NCBI GenBank assembly: GCA_037142555.1
Contig: JBAXAJ010000004.1
Location: 21,738 to 85,737 of the forward strand
Length of the DNA: 64,000 nucleotides
DNA from: Candidatus Shapirobacteria bacterium
GTDB lineage: Bacteria > Patescibacteriota > Microgenomatia > UBA12405
Direction of reading: 5' to 3'
The translations under genes and the position numbers were made by a program. Below, in pieces: positions 39,098-47,627 of the stretch (its first letter is position 1; every line of letters starts with the position of its first letter). The notes below the pieces were generated by a model. The model ran no database searches, was not told the DNA's origin, and was given only the letters and a program-made list of their open reading frames with translations.

Positions 39098-39478
39098 ATG
39101 GGTACAGTTTTAGAACGTAATAAGAATATTAATTCTGGGTTTGATATTAAAGAAATAGCTCATCATCCAGAAGGATTAAATTATTTTGAAATATTATTAA
39201 TCAAAGGGCCGAGAAGAAGAAGATTCATCATTCATCAATTTTTGTTTTTTGACAAAAACGGAGAAAGTAGTTGTTTCGTAGAATGTCAAAAGTTAAAAAC
39301 TGCTGAAAAAGTGTTAAAAATGATGTTTAACCCGGGTTTTGATCAGAAATGGTTTTCAATATTAGTGGAAATGGAAGAGACAGCAAAAAAACCCATCCAT
39401 TATTCAAATCCATACAAACCATGGTTTTATTGTTCTGATACTGACATCGATGAAGATATTTTTTTCTCTGAAGACTAA
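39098..39478 (+). CDS. Hypothetical protein
   Basis: 126-aa ORF followed by a terminator. Confidence 0.4.
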   Translation: MGTVLERNKNINSGFDIKEIAHHPEGLNYFEILLIKGPRRRRFIIHQFLFFDKNGESSCFVECQKLKTAEKVLKMMFNPGFDQKWFSILVEMEETAKKPIHYSNPYKPWFYCSDTDIDEDIFFSED

Positions 39479-39481
39479 TTA

Positions 39482-39519
39482 AACCGGTGGGTGCACATTT
39501 TGCAAACGCTGGTTTTTTT
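39482..39519 (+). terminator. Rho-independent terminator
   Basis: accggug/cgcuggu stem with G-U pairs, followed by an 8-nt T-run. Confidence 0.5.
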
Positions 39520-39576
39520 TGGAAAAAATCTAAATTTGTCACTAGATGCTAAAATATGACTATTAAAAACTCATAA

Positions 39577-40671
39577 ATGAAAAAAGAAGATATTATAAAA
39601 ATGAAGATATCTCGGGTCGAGAAAGAGATTCGAGATACGCCATATGACAAAGCCAGTGAACATCATCATGGACTGATGAAAGCTAAGTTATCTAGACTTA
39701 AGGATGAACTTGAAGGTCCAATGAACAAAGGTGGTGGTGGTGGAGTTGGTTATGCAATCAAACATTCTGGGGATGCTTCAGTGGTTTTGGTGGGTTTGCC
39801 AAGTGTGGGAAAATCAACTCTATTAAATAAAGTGACTAATGCTGAATCAAAAATTGGTAATTATGACTTTACAACACTAGGGGTAGTGCCTGGAATGATG
39901 GAATATAAGGGAGTTAATATCCAAATTTTGGATTTGCCAGGAATTATTGAAGGAGCAGCTGGGAATAAGGGTTTTGGAAGAAAAGTTATTTCAGTTATAC
40001 GAGCCTCAGATTTAGTAGTTTTGATGACTGATATTAAGAGAATAGACTGGCTGAATGTGGTTTCTGATGAAATATATAAGGCTGGGGTGAGAATTAACAC
40101 TCGACCGCCAAAAATATTGATTACAAAGGCTAATAAAGGTTCTATTCAGATTATTGATCCTTATGATTCTTTTGATAAAAAGACCATTATTGATATCGCT
40201 AAGGAAATGGGGCTAGATAATGCCATTATTCAATTTGGAGAAAAGATACATAGTATCGATAAATTGATCGATGGATTGGTTAAATCTAGAACTTATATGC
40301 CAGCAGTTAAAATAATCACTAAGATGGATTTGGCAAAGCCTGAGGAATTAAAGAAAATACCTCATGATGTTTTGAAAATGTGTGTCAATGAAGAGTTAGG
40401 AATAGAAGAATTTAAAGAAAGAGTTTGGCAAGGATTAGGTTTGGTTAGAGTCTATTTAAAAAGAGACAGAAGTGGTGAGGCTGACAAAAATCAGCCACTA
40501 ATTGTTAAAAATACTGACACTTTGGATGCAGTTTTAAGAAGAATTTCAAATCAAATGCGAGATGATGTGAGTAAAGCCTATATTTGGGGTAAAGATGCAA
40601 GATTCCCAGGGCAAGAAGTGTCTTTCAATTTTAAAGTTTTTGATGAGATGGAAGTGTGGTTTGGAAGATAA
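39577..40671 (+). CDS. DRG-family (developmentally regulated GTP-binding protein) Obg-type GTPase with a C-terminal TGS domain
   Basis: KGGGGGVGYAIKHSGDASVVLVGLPSVGKSTLLNKVTNAESKIGNYDFTTLGVVPGMMEYKGVNIQILDLPGIIEGAAGNKGFGRKVI is near-identical in pattern to the eukaryotic/archaeal DRG/Rbg1 N-terminus. There is a TGS-like C-terminus. Confidence 0.7.
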   Translation: MKKEDIIKMKISRVEKEIRDTPYDKASEHHHGLMKAKLSRLKDELEGPMNKGGGGGVGYAIKHSGDASVVLVGLPSVGKSTLLNKVTNAESKIGNYDFTTLGVVPGMMEYKGVNIQILDLPGIIEGAAGNKGFGRKVISVIRASDLVVLMTDIKRIDWLNVVSDEIYKAGVRINTRPPKILITKANKGSIQIIDPYDSFDKKTIIDIAKEMGLDNAIIQFGEKIHSIDKLIDGLVKSRTYMPAVKIITKMDLAKPEELKKIPHDVLKMCVNEELGIEEFKERVWQGLGLVRVYLKRDRSGEADKNQPLIVKNTDTLDAVLRRISNQMRDDVSKAYIWGKDARFPGQEVSFNFKVFDEMEVWFGR

Positions 40672-40672
40672 A

Positions 40673-40963
40673 CTAATCGGTTAAGTTAGTACGATGGCTG
40701 ATAGTCACAGTAACTTCTTGATCAACACCATCTTTATCTTTGTAATTAATTTGTTTATTAATTGGTTCTGTCCCTTCTTTTTTTAAGTCAATTTCAAATT
40801 GGCAATCAAGTTTTTCGTCTTCATTTTGTTTTCTACCAATAATAACTCTAGCTGCATTATTAGTTTCTTGTGCAATAATAGTGACATTTTGACCTATTTG
40901 AAATAATTTTGTTTCTTTTTCAATAAATTTAGAGTGGCCGTTGGCTTCAAGTGAAATAGTCAT
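40673..40963 (-). CDS. Hypothetical protein
   Basis: 96-aa ORF. Confidence 0.35.
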   Translation of the reverse strand: MTISLEANGHSKFIEKETKLFQIGQNVTIIAQETNNAARVIIGRKQNEDEKLDCQFEIDLKKEGTEPINKQINYKDKDGVDQEVTVTISHRTNLTD

Positions 40964-41077
40964 AATTTTAATTATCGAACTAATTAATAATTAAAACCAC
41001 ATTTCTGCCGTAGTAAAAACGTGGAAAAGTCCTATTGGAATGGTAACCTTTGGAAAAAGATTTGTAAACCAGGATAT

Positions 41078-42100
41078 TTAATTTAAATTTCTTATTTGTT
41101 GGCTTCGGGCACTTAGGGTTTTTTTGTCAATTTTTGGATTTGATTCGTAAATTATTTTAGCTTTGGTGTTAGGACGAGAAGAATATTTGAAACAATGGAT
41201 TTTTTTAAAACCGATTTTTTGGCAAATATCTAGAGTTTCTTCAAAATCTTGATCTGTTTCTGTTGGGAAACCGACTATGATGTCCGTTCCGAGTTTTAAA
41301 CTTCTAATTTCTAATTTCAAATTTCTAATTTTATTTAAAATATCTTTTTGAGTGTAGGGGCGGTTCATTAATTTGAGAATTTTGTCAGAACCAGATTGGA
41401 TTGGAATATGAAGAAAATTAGATAATCGATTTGGATATTCCTTTAAAAGATCAATAAATTTTTGATCGATACAATTTAGAGGAACAGAACCAAAACTGAT
41501 TAATTTAATGTCGGTTTCTTTAAGAATTTTTTCGACTAGATTAGAAAGACCAAATTGATATTGATTTAAGTTAACTCCAGTTATTATGATTTCTTTATAC
41601 TTATCTGTGATGGCAGAATTAACTGTTTTTATGGCATCTTCCATGGTTAATGACCATAGGTTAGGACGTTTCTGAGGAACTATGCAATAGGAACAAAATT
41701 GGGTGCAACCGGATTGGATTTTTAAGAGAAAACGGTTGGTGTGGCTGAATTTGTCTTTAATTTTTGGGGTGTAAGAAGAGTTTAAGTTGTTTAGTAATTC
41801 TTCTTTTTGATCATTTTTGTAAATAAAAACATTAGGAATGTCTTTTAATTTTTCGAGATTAGCGCAACCAGTGACATAAATTTTAGCTTTTGGATATTTT
41901 TGGTGGAGAATGCGGACTTTACTCAGAGATTCTATCTCCCCTTTTTTGGTGATGGAACAAGTGTTGACGAAGATGATAGATGGCAGATCGGAGGTAGTGG
42001 ATGGGGTGAAACCTTGATTAATTAAGGTTTGAGACCATTGGTTGGTTTCGGCTGAGTTGACTCGACAGCCAAAATTAACTGAAAGAAAGCTTTTGGACAT
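41078..42100 (-). CDS. Radical SAM methylthiotransferase (MiaB/RimO/MtaB family)
   Basis: N-terminal MTTase domain (FGCRVN) and radical SAM CxxxCxxC (GCTQFCSYCIVP). Confidence 0.7.
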   Translation of the reverse strand: MSKSFLSVNFGCRVNSAETNQWSQTLINQGFTPSTTSDLPSIIFVNTCSITKKGEIESLSKVRILHQKYPKAKIYVTGCANLEKLKDIPNVFIYKNDQKEELLNNLNSSYTPKIKDKFSHTNRFLLKIQSGCTQFCSYCIVPQKRPNLWSLTMEDAIKTVNSAITDKYKEIIITGVNLNQYQFGLSNLVEKILKETDIKLISFGSVPLNCIDQKFIDLLKEYPNRLSNFLHIPIQSGSDKILKLMNRPYTQKDILNKIRNLKLEIRSLKLGTDIIVGFPTETDQDFEETLDICQKIGFKKIHCFKYSSRPNTKAKIIYESNPKIDKKTLSARSQQIRNLN

Positions 42101-42102
42101 GA

Positions 42103-42978
42103 TTAATTTTTGCGGGGGTTTTTGCTAATGAAATCTTTTATATAATCGAGAATATCGACAGTTGTTTCCCAACCAAGTTCTTCACGAGCTTTGTTTGGAG
42201 ATTCTCCAGATTCGGCTCTGCCTGAATAACCATCAACATATTTTATTGGTCCACCAAAAGCATTTGCAATCTCAATTATTGAATATTCTTTGGTGTTTCC
42301 TAGAGTGTAGCCGTCTCCTTTTCCTTTTTCGGCTGCTAGAATGATTCCCTTAGCTAGATCTTTGACATAAGTGAAATTGCGTTTTTGAGTTCCAGGTTTA
42401 ATGACAGTGAGTTCTTCACCTTTTAAATAGGCTTGTTCAAATTTAGCGATTACAGTGGCATAGGCCCCAGTCCCCTTTTCTCGAGGGCCAAAAGCATTAT
42501 AAAAATAACAAATGGCATATGGTAAGTCATACCAACGGCCATAATCATTGATGAGGTCAACATTGGTGGCTTTAGTGAATGAATATGGATTTTGATGGCG
42601 ACCATCACCTTCAATAGCAAATTTGGTGCTTGAAGCGGCGTAGACTAATTTCCCAACTTTACGTTTTCGACAGAATTCAACTACAGCGAATGTTCCAAGC
42701 ATATTCATGTCATAAACTTTTTCAACATCATCAAAAGAAGGAGAGATTCGGGCATATTCACCTAGATGAAAAATAACATCTGGTGTTTCAGGAATTAATT
42801 TATCGATATCTTTAGTGTGACCTTCACGATATTCAGCTCCGGCAATATGGTTATCAGTGCTGCCGTTGAAATAGTTATCAAGAGAAATTACTTTATTATT
42901 TGGATCTTTAACAAGTTCTTCTATAATGTTTGAGCCTACATGGCCAGCTCCACCAGTTACTAAGATAATTTTAGACAT
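42103..42978 (-). CDS. NAD-dependent epimerase/dehydratase (extended SDR)
   Basis: ILVTGGAGHVGSNIIEEL Rossmann motif and YxxxK. Confidence 0.7.
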   Translation of the reverse strand: MSKIILVTGGAGHVGSNIIEELVKDPNNKVISLDNYFNGSTDNHIAGAEYREGHTKDIDKLIPETPDVIFHLGEYARISPSFDDVEKVYDMNMLGTFAVVEFCRKRKVGKLVYAASSTKFAIEGDGRHQNPYSFTKATNVDLINDYGRWYDLPYAICYFYNAFGPREKGTGAYATVIAKFEQAYLKGEELTVIKPGTQKRNFTYVKDLAKGIILAAEKGKGDGYTLGNTKEYSIIEIANAFGGPIKYVDGYSGRAESGESPNKAREELGWETTVDILDYIKDFISKNPRKN

Positions 42979-42998
42979 AAAATATTATACATTAAGAT

Positions 42999-43027
42999 AT
43001 ACACACCCCGCAGTGCGGGGTGTGTAT
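42999..43027 (-). terminator. Perfect 14-bp palindrome hairpin immediately after the tgt stop codon
   Basis: atacacaccccgca-g-tgcggggtgtgtat. Confidence 0.5.
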
Positions 43028-43030
43028 TGG

Positions 43031-44125
43031 TTATTTTCCCAACCAATTATTTTTAAGTTCTTCAAATGTGCCATTTTTAAGAGCATCACGAATTAGCTGA
43101 GTAGTGTGAATCATAAAATAGATGTTGTGAAGAGTCATGAGCCGATAACCGAGTAATTCTTGAGTTTTAAATAAGTGATGAATATAAGCTTTGTCATATT
43201 TTTGACAAGTTGGGCATTGGCAGTCTTTGTCTAGTTGAGTTTGATCAAACTTATATTTTTGAGACATTATTTGTTTTTTGAATTTGTTAGCAACATCATG
43301 TTTTGCGTTTCCAGTTCGGTGTAGGAATTGACCACCACGAGCTAGACGGGTTGGAAGAGTGCAATCCATGGAAGTGATTCCTATTCCAAAAAAGTCGAAA
43401 AGATCGGTGACTTCCCCTACTCCTAATAGATGAATTGGTTTTTTAGTTTTTAGGGCGATAGGCAAAACCCAATCGACTACTTTTTTCATTTTATCTTTTG
43501 GTTCACCAACAGAAACACCACCAATAGCGATGCCATCGAAATCTTGAGAGCAAATGAATTCTGCCGATTGTTGGCGTAAATCTTTGAAATAACTGCCTTG
43601 GATTACGCCATAGAGTTTTAAATCATGGCCATATTTTTTATTTAATCTCTTATGTTCTTTAAGTGATCGGATTGCCCAATTATGAGTACGATTTAGGGCT
43701 TTTTGAGCATATTCTTTAGTGGCTGGATATGGAGTGCATTCATCAAAAACAATGATGTTATCAGCTCCGAGATTATGTTGGATTTGAATTGATTTTTCAG
43801 GAGTGAAGAAATGGAGAGAACCATCTAGATGAGATCTAAATTCGACTCCGTTTTCGCTGATTTTAATCAAAGAACCAGCGCCATTGTGATCTTTACCTAG
43901 AGAAAAAACTTGGAAACCACCAGAATCGGTGATTAATTGGCCATTCCAACGAGTGAATTTATGAAGTCCACCAAATTTTTTGATGGCTTTATCACCTGGT
44001 CTTAAGTATAAATGATAGGTGTTACAAAAGAATATTTCGACACCAATGGCTTCTAATTCTTCAGGAGTTAGAGATTTGACAGTGGCTTGAGTGCCAACAG
44101 GAATAAAAGTAGGTTGATTTAACAT
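43031..44125 (-). CDS. tgt: Queuine tRNA-ribosyltransferase
   Basis: TGT fold, DCTLPTRLARGG motif, and the C-terminal zinc site CxCxxC...H. Confidence 0.8.
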   Translation of the reverse strand: MLNQPTFIPVGTQATVKSLTPEELEAIGVEIFFCNTYHLYLRPGDKAIKKFGGLHKFTRWNGQLITDSGGFQVFSLGKDHNGAGSLIKISENGVEFRSHLDGSLHFFTPEKSIQIQHNLGADNIIVFDECTPYPATKEYAQKALNRTHNWAIRSLKEHKRLNKKYGHDLKLYGVIQGSYFKDLRQQSAEFICSQDFDGIAIGGVSVGEPKDKMKKVVDWVLPIALKTKKPIHLLGVGEVTDLFDFFGIGITSMDCTLPTRLARGGQFLHRTGNAKHDVANKFKKQIMSQKYKFDQTQLDKDCQCPTCQKYDKAYIHHLFKTQELLGYRLMTLHNIYFMIHTTQLIRDALKNGTFEELKNNWLGK

Positions 44126-44174
44126 GAATCAGATTATACCAAAAAGCATCCATCTCTTGTTATAATATATCCAC

Positions 44175-44259
44175 GCCGCTGTGGTGAAATTGGTATACAC
44201 GCAAGACTTAAAATCTTGTGCTCTCAAAAAGCGTGTGGGTTCGACCCCCGCCAGCGGCA
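44175..44259 (+). tRNA. tRNA-Leu(TAA)
   Basis: Type II tRNA, loop ctTAAaa, encoded CCA. Confidence 0.75.
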
Positions 44260-44270
44260 CCAAAGAAGGA

Positions 44271-44319
44271 GTAAAACCCTCCGGTCCGAAATTTCGGACC
44301 ACCTCCCTTGACAGGGCGG
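44271..44319 (+). repeat. Copy B of a ~52-nt conserved structured element (copy A at 1-52)
   Basis: gtaaaaccctccg-[ggtccgaaatttcggacc]-cacctcccttgacagggcgg. Copy A has the same flanks and a different but still self-complementary hairpin. Confidence 0.6.
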
Positions 44320-44334
44320 TTTCTAACAATTATT

Positions 44335-44408
44335 CGGGGATTGGCGCAATTGGCTAGCGTGCACGGTTTGGGACCGTGAGGTTGCAGGTTCGAATCCTGT
44401 ATCCCCGA
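44335..44408 (+). tRNA. tRNA-Pro(TGG)
   Basis: cgggg start, loop ttTGGga. Confidence 0.7.
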
Positions 44409-44450
44409 CTACGTTAAAACTTCGTCGGATAAAACCGATGAATTTAGTTT

Positions 44451-44521
44451 GCGGGTATAGTTTAGTGGTAGAACGAGAGATTTCCAATCTTTCGGCGGGG
44501 GTTCGATTCCCCCTACCCGCT
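44451..44521 (+). tRNA. tRNA-Gly(TCC)
   Basis: gcgggtatagtttagtggtagaac..., loop ttTCCaa. Confidence 0.75.
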
Positions 44522-44526
44522 CAGAA

Positions 44527-44874
44527 ATGAAAACCATTAAAGAGGCTCAAAAATTAGTAAAAGATTTTGCTAATGGAAATAAATGGAAAGATATTCCGAA
44601 TGTGGATAAATTTGATCATTTGCACGAAGAATTAATTGAGATGTCACAGCATCTTCGTTATAAAACAGAAAAAGAAAGAATCGAGTTTGTTAATAAAAAT
44701 AAAATGATTTTCAAAGATGGGATTGGTGATTTGTTTTTTGGAATTTGTCGTTTGGCTAATCAGTTGGGAGTGGATATTGAAGAAGCTTTTGAAATGGTGA
44801 GTAAAGAAATTTTGGCAAAATATAATCATAAAAATCCGGAAAACAATTTGGTTAAAAAAAATAAAGATGAATAA
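44527..44874 (+). CDS. MazG-like nucleotide pyrophosphohydrolase
   Basis: All-alpha NTP-PPase pattern (EELIEMSQHL...GDLFFGICRLANQLGVDIEEAF). Confidence 0.6.
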   Translation: MKTIKEAQKLVKDFANGNKWKDIPNVDKFDHLHEELIEMSQHLRYKTEKERIEFVNKNKMIFKDGIGDLFFGICRLANQLGVDIEEAFEMVSKEILAKYNHKNPENNLVKKNKDE

Positions 44875-45319
44875 AATAATGATAGAAAATGATATTACAA
44901 CACATGTAGTTGCGATTATGGGGGTAGTTAAGAAAGGTGACAAATATTTGTTGGCGAGAAGAAGTTTTGATGATCCTCAGGCTGGTGGTCAATGGAGTTT
45001 TCCTAGTGGAAAAATTGATTCTGAGGTTGGAAAAGGAATTGTTGAGGAAACTTTAAAAAGAGAAATAATGGAAGAAGTTGGATTAGAAATAGAAGATAAT
45101 GTTGAATTTCTTTGTAATGATGGTTTTGTCCGAGTGAGTGGTCATCATGTAATTATGATGATTTTTTTGTGTTTTTATAAATCTGGTGAAGCTAGACCTT
45201 TAGAAGATCAGGCTGAAGTTAAATGGTTAACTTTAGATCAACTAATGGAGATGAAAAATGAATTACCTAAATATATTTGGGAAATAGTTGAAGCTTTAAT
45301 AGGAAGACAGGAAAGATAA
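44867..45319 (+). CDS. NUDIX hydrolase
   Basis: Nudix box GKIDSEVGKGIVEETLKREIMEEVGL. Confidence 0.7.
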   Translation: MNKIMIENDITTHVVAIMGVVKKGDKYLLARRSFDDPQAGGQWSFPSGKIDSEVGKGIVEETLKREIMEEVGLEIEDNVEFLCNDGFVRVSGHHVIMMIFLCFYKSGEARPLEDQAEVKWLTLDQLMEMKNELPKYIWEIVEALIGRQER

Positions 45320-46135
45320 AAGATGATCAGCTGTTGATTTGGCAGTTTTTGTCAGTGATTTTTTTGTTTTCTCAATTTTATTTATAAGAATAAAGTGAGA
45401 TTTTTTGGCGGCTTTTTTAATTTCCCAACCAGTTTTATTTAATCGAGATTCCATTTCATCATCTCTGTTGATAGCTAACCACTTTTTATATTCAGAAAAG
45501 CTCATCTCTGGCATTATGAAAATCTTAACAACTAGGATATTGGCTTCAGTTATATTGTAAATATATTTTTCTATTTTTGACCAAGAACTTAATTCTATTT
45601 GTGAACAAATGATTGGGCAAGGATGTTTAAGAGCATCTTCTAGACTTTTTCTTGGAAGACCATAAAAAGAATCCCCTCTTTTTATATATTCAAACAGCTC
45701 ATTATTTTTGATTGATTGTCTAAATTCTTTATGACTATTTATGAAATAATAATCTTTTCCATGGATTTCACCATCTCTTTTGGGACGAGAAGTGGCAGTG
45801 ACGGTTTTTAAAAATAGATTTGGATAGAGTTTGTCCATTTCTTGACGGATAGCATCTTTCCCACCAGCAGTTATTCCAGAAAGAAGAAGTAATATTTTGT
45901 CGTATTTCTGATTAAATTTTTTATGTTTAGTTTTTGTTGATGACCAAAGCCCATGTTTATCGTCGTGTTGGGTAAATTTTTTATAATCAGAAATGATGTC
46001 TTTTAAAGAGTGAGGTAATAGTTTTGGGTCGAGTTTAGAAAGTTTATCAATTATTTCTTTGCCAGAGTTGATTTCTTTTTTAGAAATGTTGGATTTCATA
46101 GACTTTTTTACTAATAATAGTTTCGTTTTCACCAA
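45296..46135 (-). CDS. Guanylate-kinase-like P-loop kinase with an N-terminal extension
   Basis: SGITAGGKDAI (P-loop with Asp after Lys) and TATSRPKRDGEIHGKDYYFI (Gmk TTRPxRxGExDGxDYxF pattern). About 90 extra N-terminal residues. Confidence 0.5.
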   Translation of the reverse strand: MVKTKLLLVKKSMKSNISKKEINSGKEIIDKLSKLDPKLLPHSLKDIISDYKKFTQHDDKHGLWSSTKTKHKKFNQKYDKILLLLSGITAGGKDAIRQEMDKLYPNLFLKTVTATSRPKRDGEIHGKDYYFINSHKEFRQSIKNNELFEYIKRGDSFYGLPRKSLEDALKHPCPIICSQIELSSWSKIEKYIYNITEANILVVKIFIMPEMSFSEYKKWLAINRDDEMESRLNKTGWEIKKAAKKSHFILINKIEKTKKSLTKTAKSTADHLLSFLSSY

Positions 46136-46544
46136 AAATAACTTTTCCTTTAACTTTTTTGTTTTTTAAAATTAGAGGTAGCCAAAGTGTATCACTTGTC
46201 CACATAGAATTGTAAGGGATTTTGTCTAGATCAAACCATTGAGGTTTCATCTCTTCAGTTTCAGTTGGATCCCCTTCCCATTCAGTAGTTATATAGGCTA
46301 AAACTTGTTGGTCCCATTCTGGTTTATATTTAAAATGAAAATCCAAAACAGCCATTAATTCTATGTTTTTAGGAGTGACTTTGATTTCTTCTTCAGTTTC
46401 ACGGATGGCAGTGTCTTTAATATTTTCGTTAGGATTTGGTTTTCCACCAACTCCATTCCATTTCCCCTGTCCAAAAGCTCGTTTTTTCATGGCTAAAAGA
46501 ATCTGATTATCTTTTAATAAAAAACATAGGGTTGCTTGCCTCAT
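46080..46544 (-). CDS. NUDIX hydrolase
   Basis: Nudix box GGKPNPNENIKDTAIRETEEEIKV. The start was trimmed to an internal Met to avoid overlapping tRNA-Leu. Confidence 0.6.
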   Translation of the reverse strand: MRQATLCFLLKDNQILLAMKKRAFGQGKWNGVGGKPNPNENIKDTAIRETEEEIKVTPKNIELMAVLDFHFKYKPEWDQQVLAYITTEWEGDPTETEEMKPQWFDLDKIPYNSMWTSDTLWLPLILKNKKVKGKVIFGENETIISKKVYEIQHF

Positions 46545-46595
46545 GTCTGATTTTACACTTAAAATGCCTAAAAATGGTAGAATAATTGTGTTTTT

Positions 46596-46677
46596 GCCAA
46601 GGTGTTGAAATTGGTAGACAAGCATCGCTCAGAACGGTGTGTCGCAAGACATGGGGGTTCAAGTCCCTCCCTTGGCA
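46596..46677 (+). tRNA. tRNA-Leu(CAG)
   Basis: Type II tRNA, acceptor gccaagg/ccttggc, loop ctCAGaa. Confidence 0.6.
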
Positions 46678-46845
46678 CTCAAATTTGATTATTATAAGAT
46701 AACTCTAGACAACGTTAGATATCATTGATACAATACTCCTTCTTTACTGAAGATGAATTTTTGAAAAGCTCAAGAATAAGTTTAAGTTTTAGAAAAAAAG
46801 TACTTTGAAAGAAAAAAAATTAAATGGAGAAAGGAAGGGATTGTT

Positions 46846-47343
46846 ATGGCAGTCAAGTTAATGATCAAAAAGAAAGACAATCTGGTCGAATTAAAGGAAA
46901 AATGGAGTGAATCTTTCGAGGTTCCAGCTGGTTATCAAGGTGAACAAATCTTGATATACGAAAATGAGAGTATTAAGGAGGAGGGTGAAAATCCATACGT
47001 TAGAGTTGTTTGCAATCTATACGGTGAAAGGCTTGTAAATTTTTACGGAAAACCAGAAATTGACTTATCAAAAGATCAAGCATCATTTATTGATCCAGTC
47101 GGGTTAGTGACAATTTTGGTTTATAAAAAAGATGGTAGTTTTAAAATTGACAAATATATGACAAATTATGACCATAATGACTGTAAAAAAGATAATTTTC
47201 AGTTATTTTGGAAGCAAATTTGTGTGGGTAAAACTATCACTAAACTGCCGTTAATGTATGCGTGTTATCAGGAAGCTTTAGAAAAGGCTTACGAAAAATT
47301 CAAAGCCGAAGACCCATATAGTATCTTCTTTGGTAAGATATGA
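46846..47343 (+). CDS. Hypothetical protein
   Basis: 165 aa with a strong SD (aaaggaagg). It sits alone between tRNA-Leu and a five-tRNA cluster. Confidence 0.45.
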   Translation: MAVKLMIKKKDNLVELKEKWSESFEVPAGYQGEQILIYENESIKEEGENPYVRVVCNLYGERLVNFYGKPEIDLSKDQASFIDPVGLVTILVYKKDGSFKIDKYMTNYDHNDCKKDNFQLFWKQICVGKTITKLPLMYACYQEALEKAYEKFKAEDPYSIFFGKI

Positions 47344-47455
47344 AGAAAAACTCATAAATAATTATTTTTTTCTTTTAAAGAAAGCAACCTAATGTTTTGT
47401 TTTAAACAAACAATCATCAAGGGGCTTTTTTTTTGATATAATAAACCCACTTCTA

Positions 47456-47528
47456 GCCGAAGTAGCCAAGATGGTCAAGGCACTGGTCTGAAAAACCTGG
47501 GATGTAGGTTCGAGTCCTACCTTCGGCA
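47456..47528 (+). tRNA. tRNA-Phe(GAA), atypical D-arm
   Basis: Acceptor gccgaag/cttcggc, loop ctGAAaa, T-loop ttcgagt. One mismatch in the anticodon stem. Confidence 0.5.
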
Positions 47529-47533
47529 CCCGT

Positions 47534-47606
47534 GCGAGAGTAGCTCAATTGGTGGAGCGTCTCCTTGCCAAGGAGAAGGTCGCGGGTTCGAATCCCGTCT
47601 CTCGCT
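47534..47606 (+). tRNA. tRNA-Gly(GCC)
   Basis: gcgagagtagctcaattggtggagc..., loop ttGCCaa. Confidence 0.75.
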
Positions 47607-47627
47607 CCCTTAGTTTTAAGGACTCTG

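Noticed and set aside
44129-44329. 66-aa minus-strand ORF
   Set aside because: It lies entirely over tRNA-Leu(TAA) and repeat copy B. It is a GC-rich structured-RNA artefact, not a coding region.
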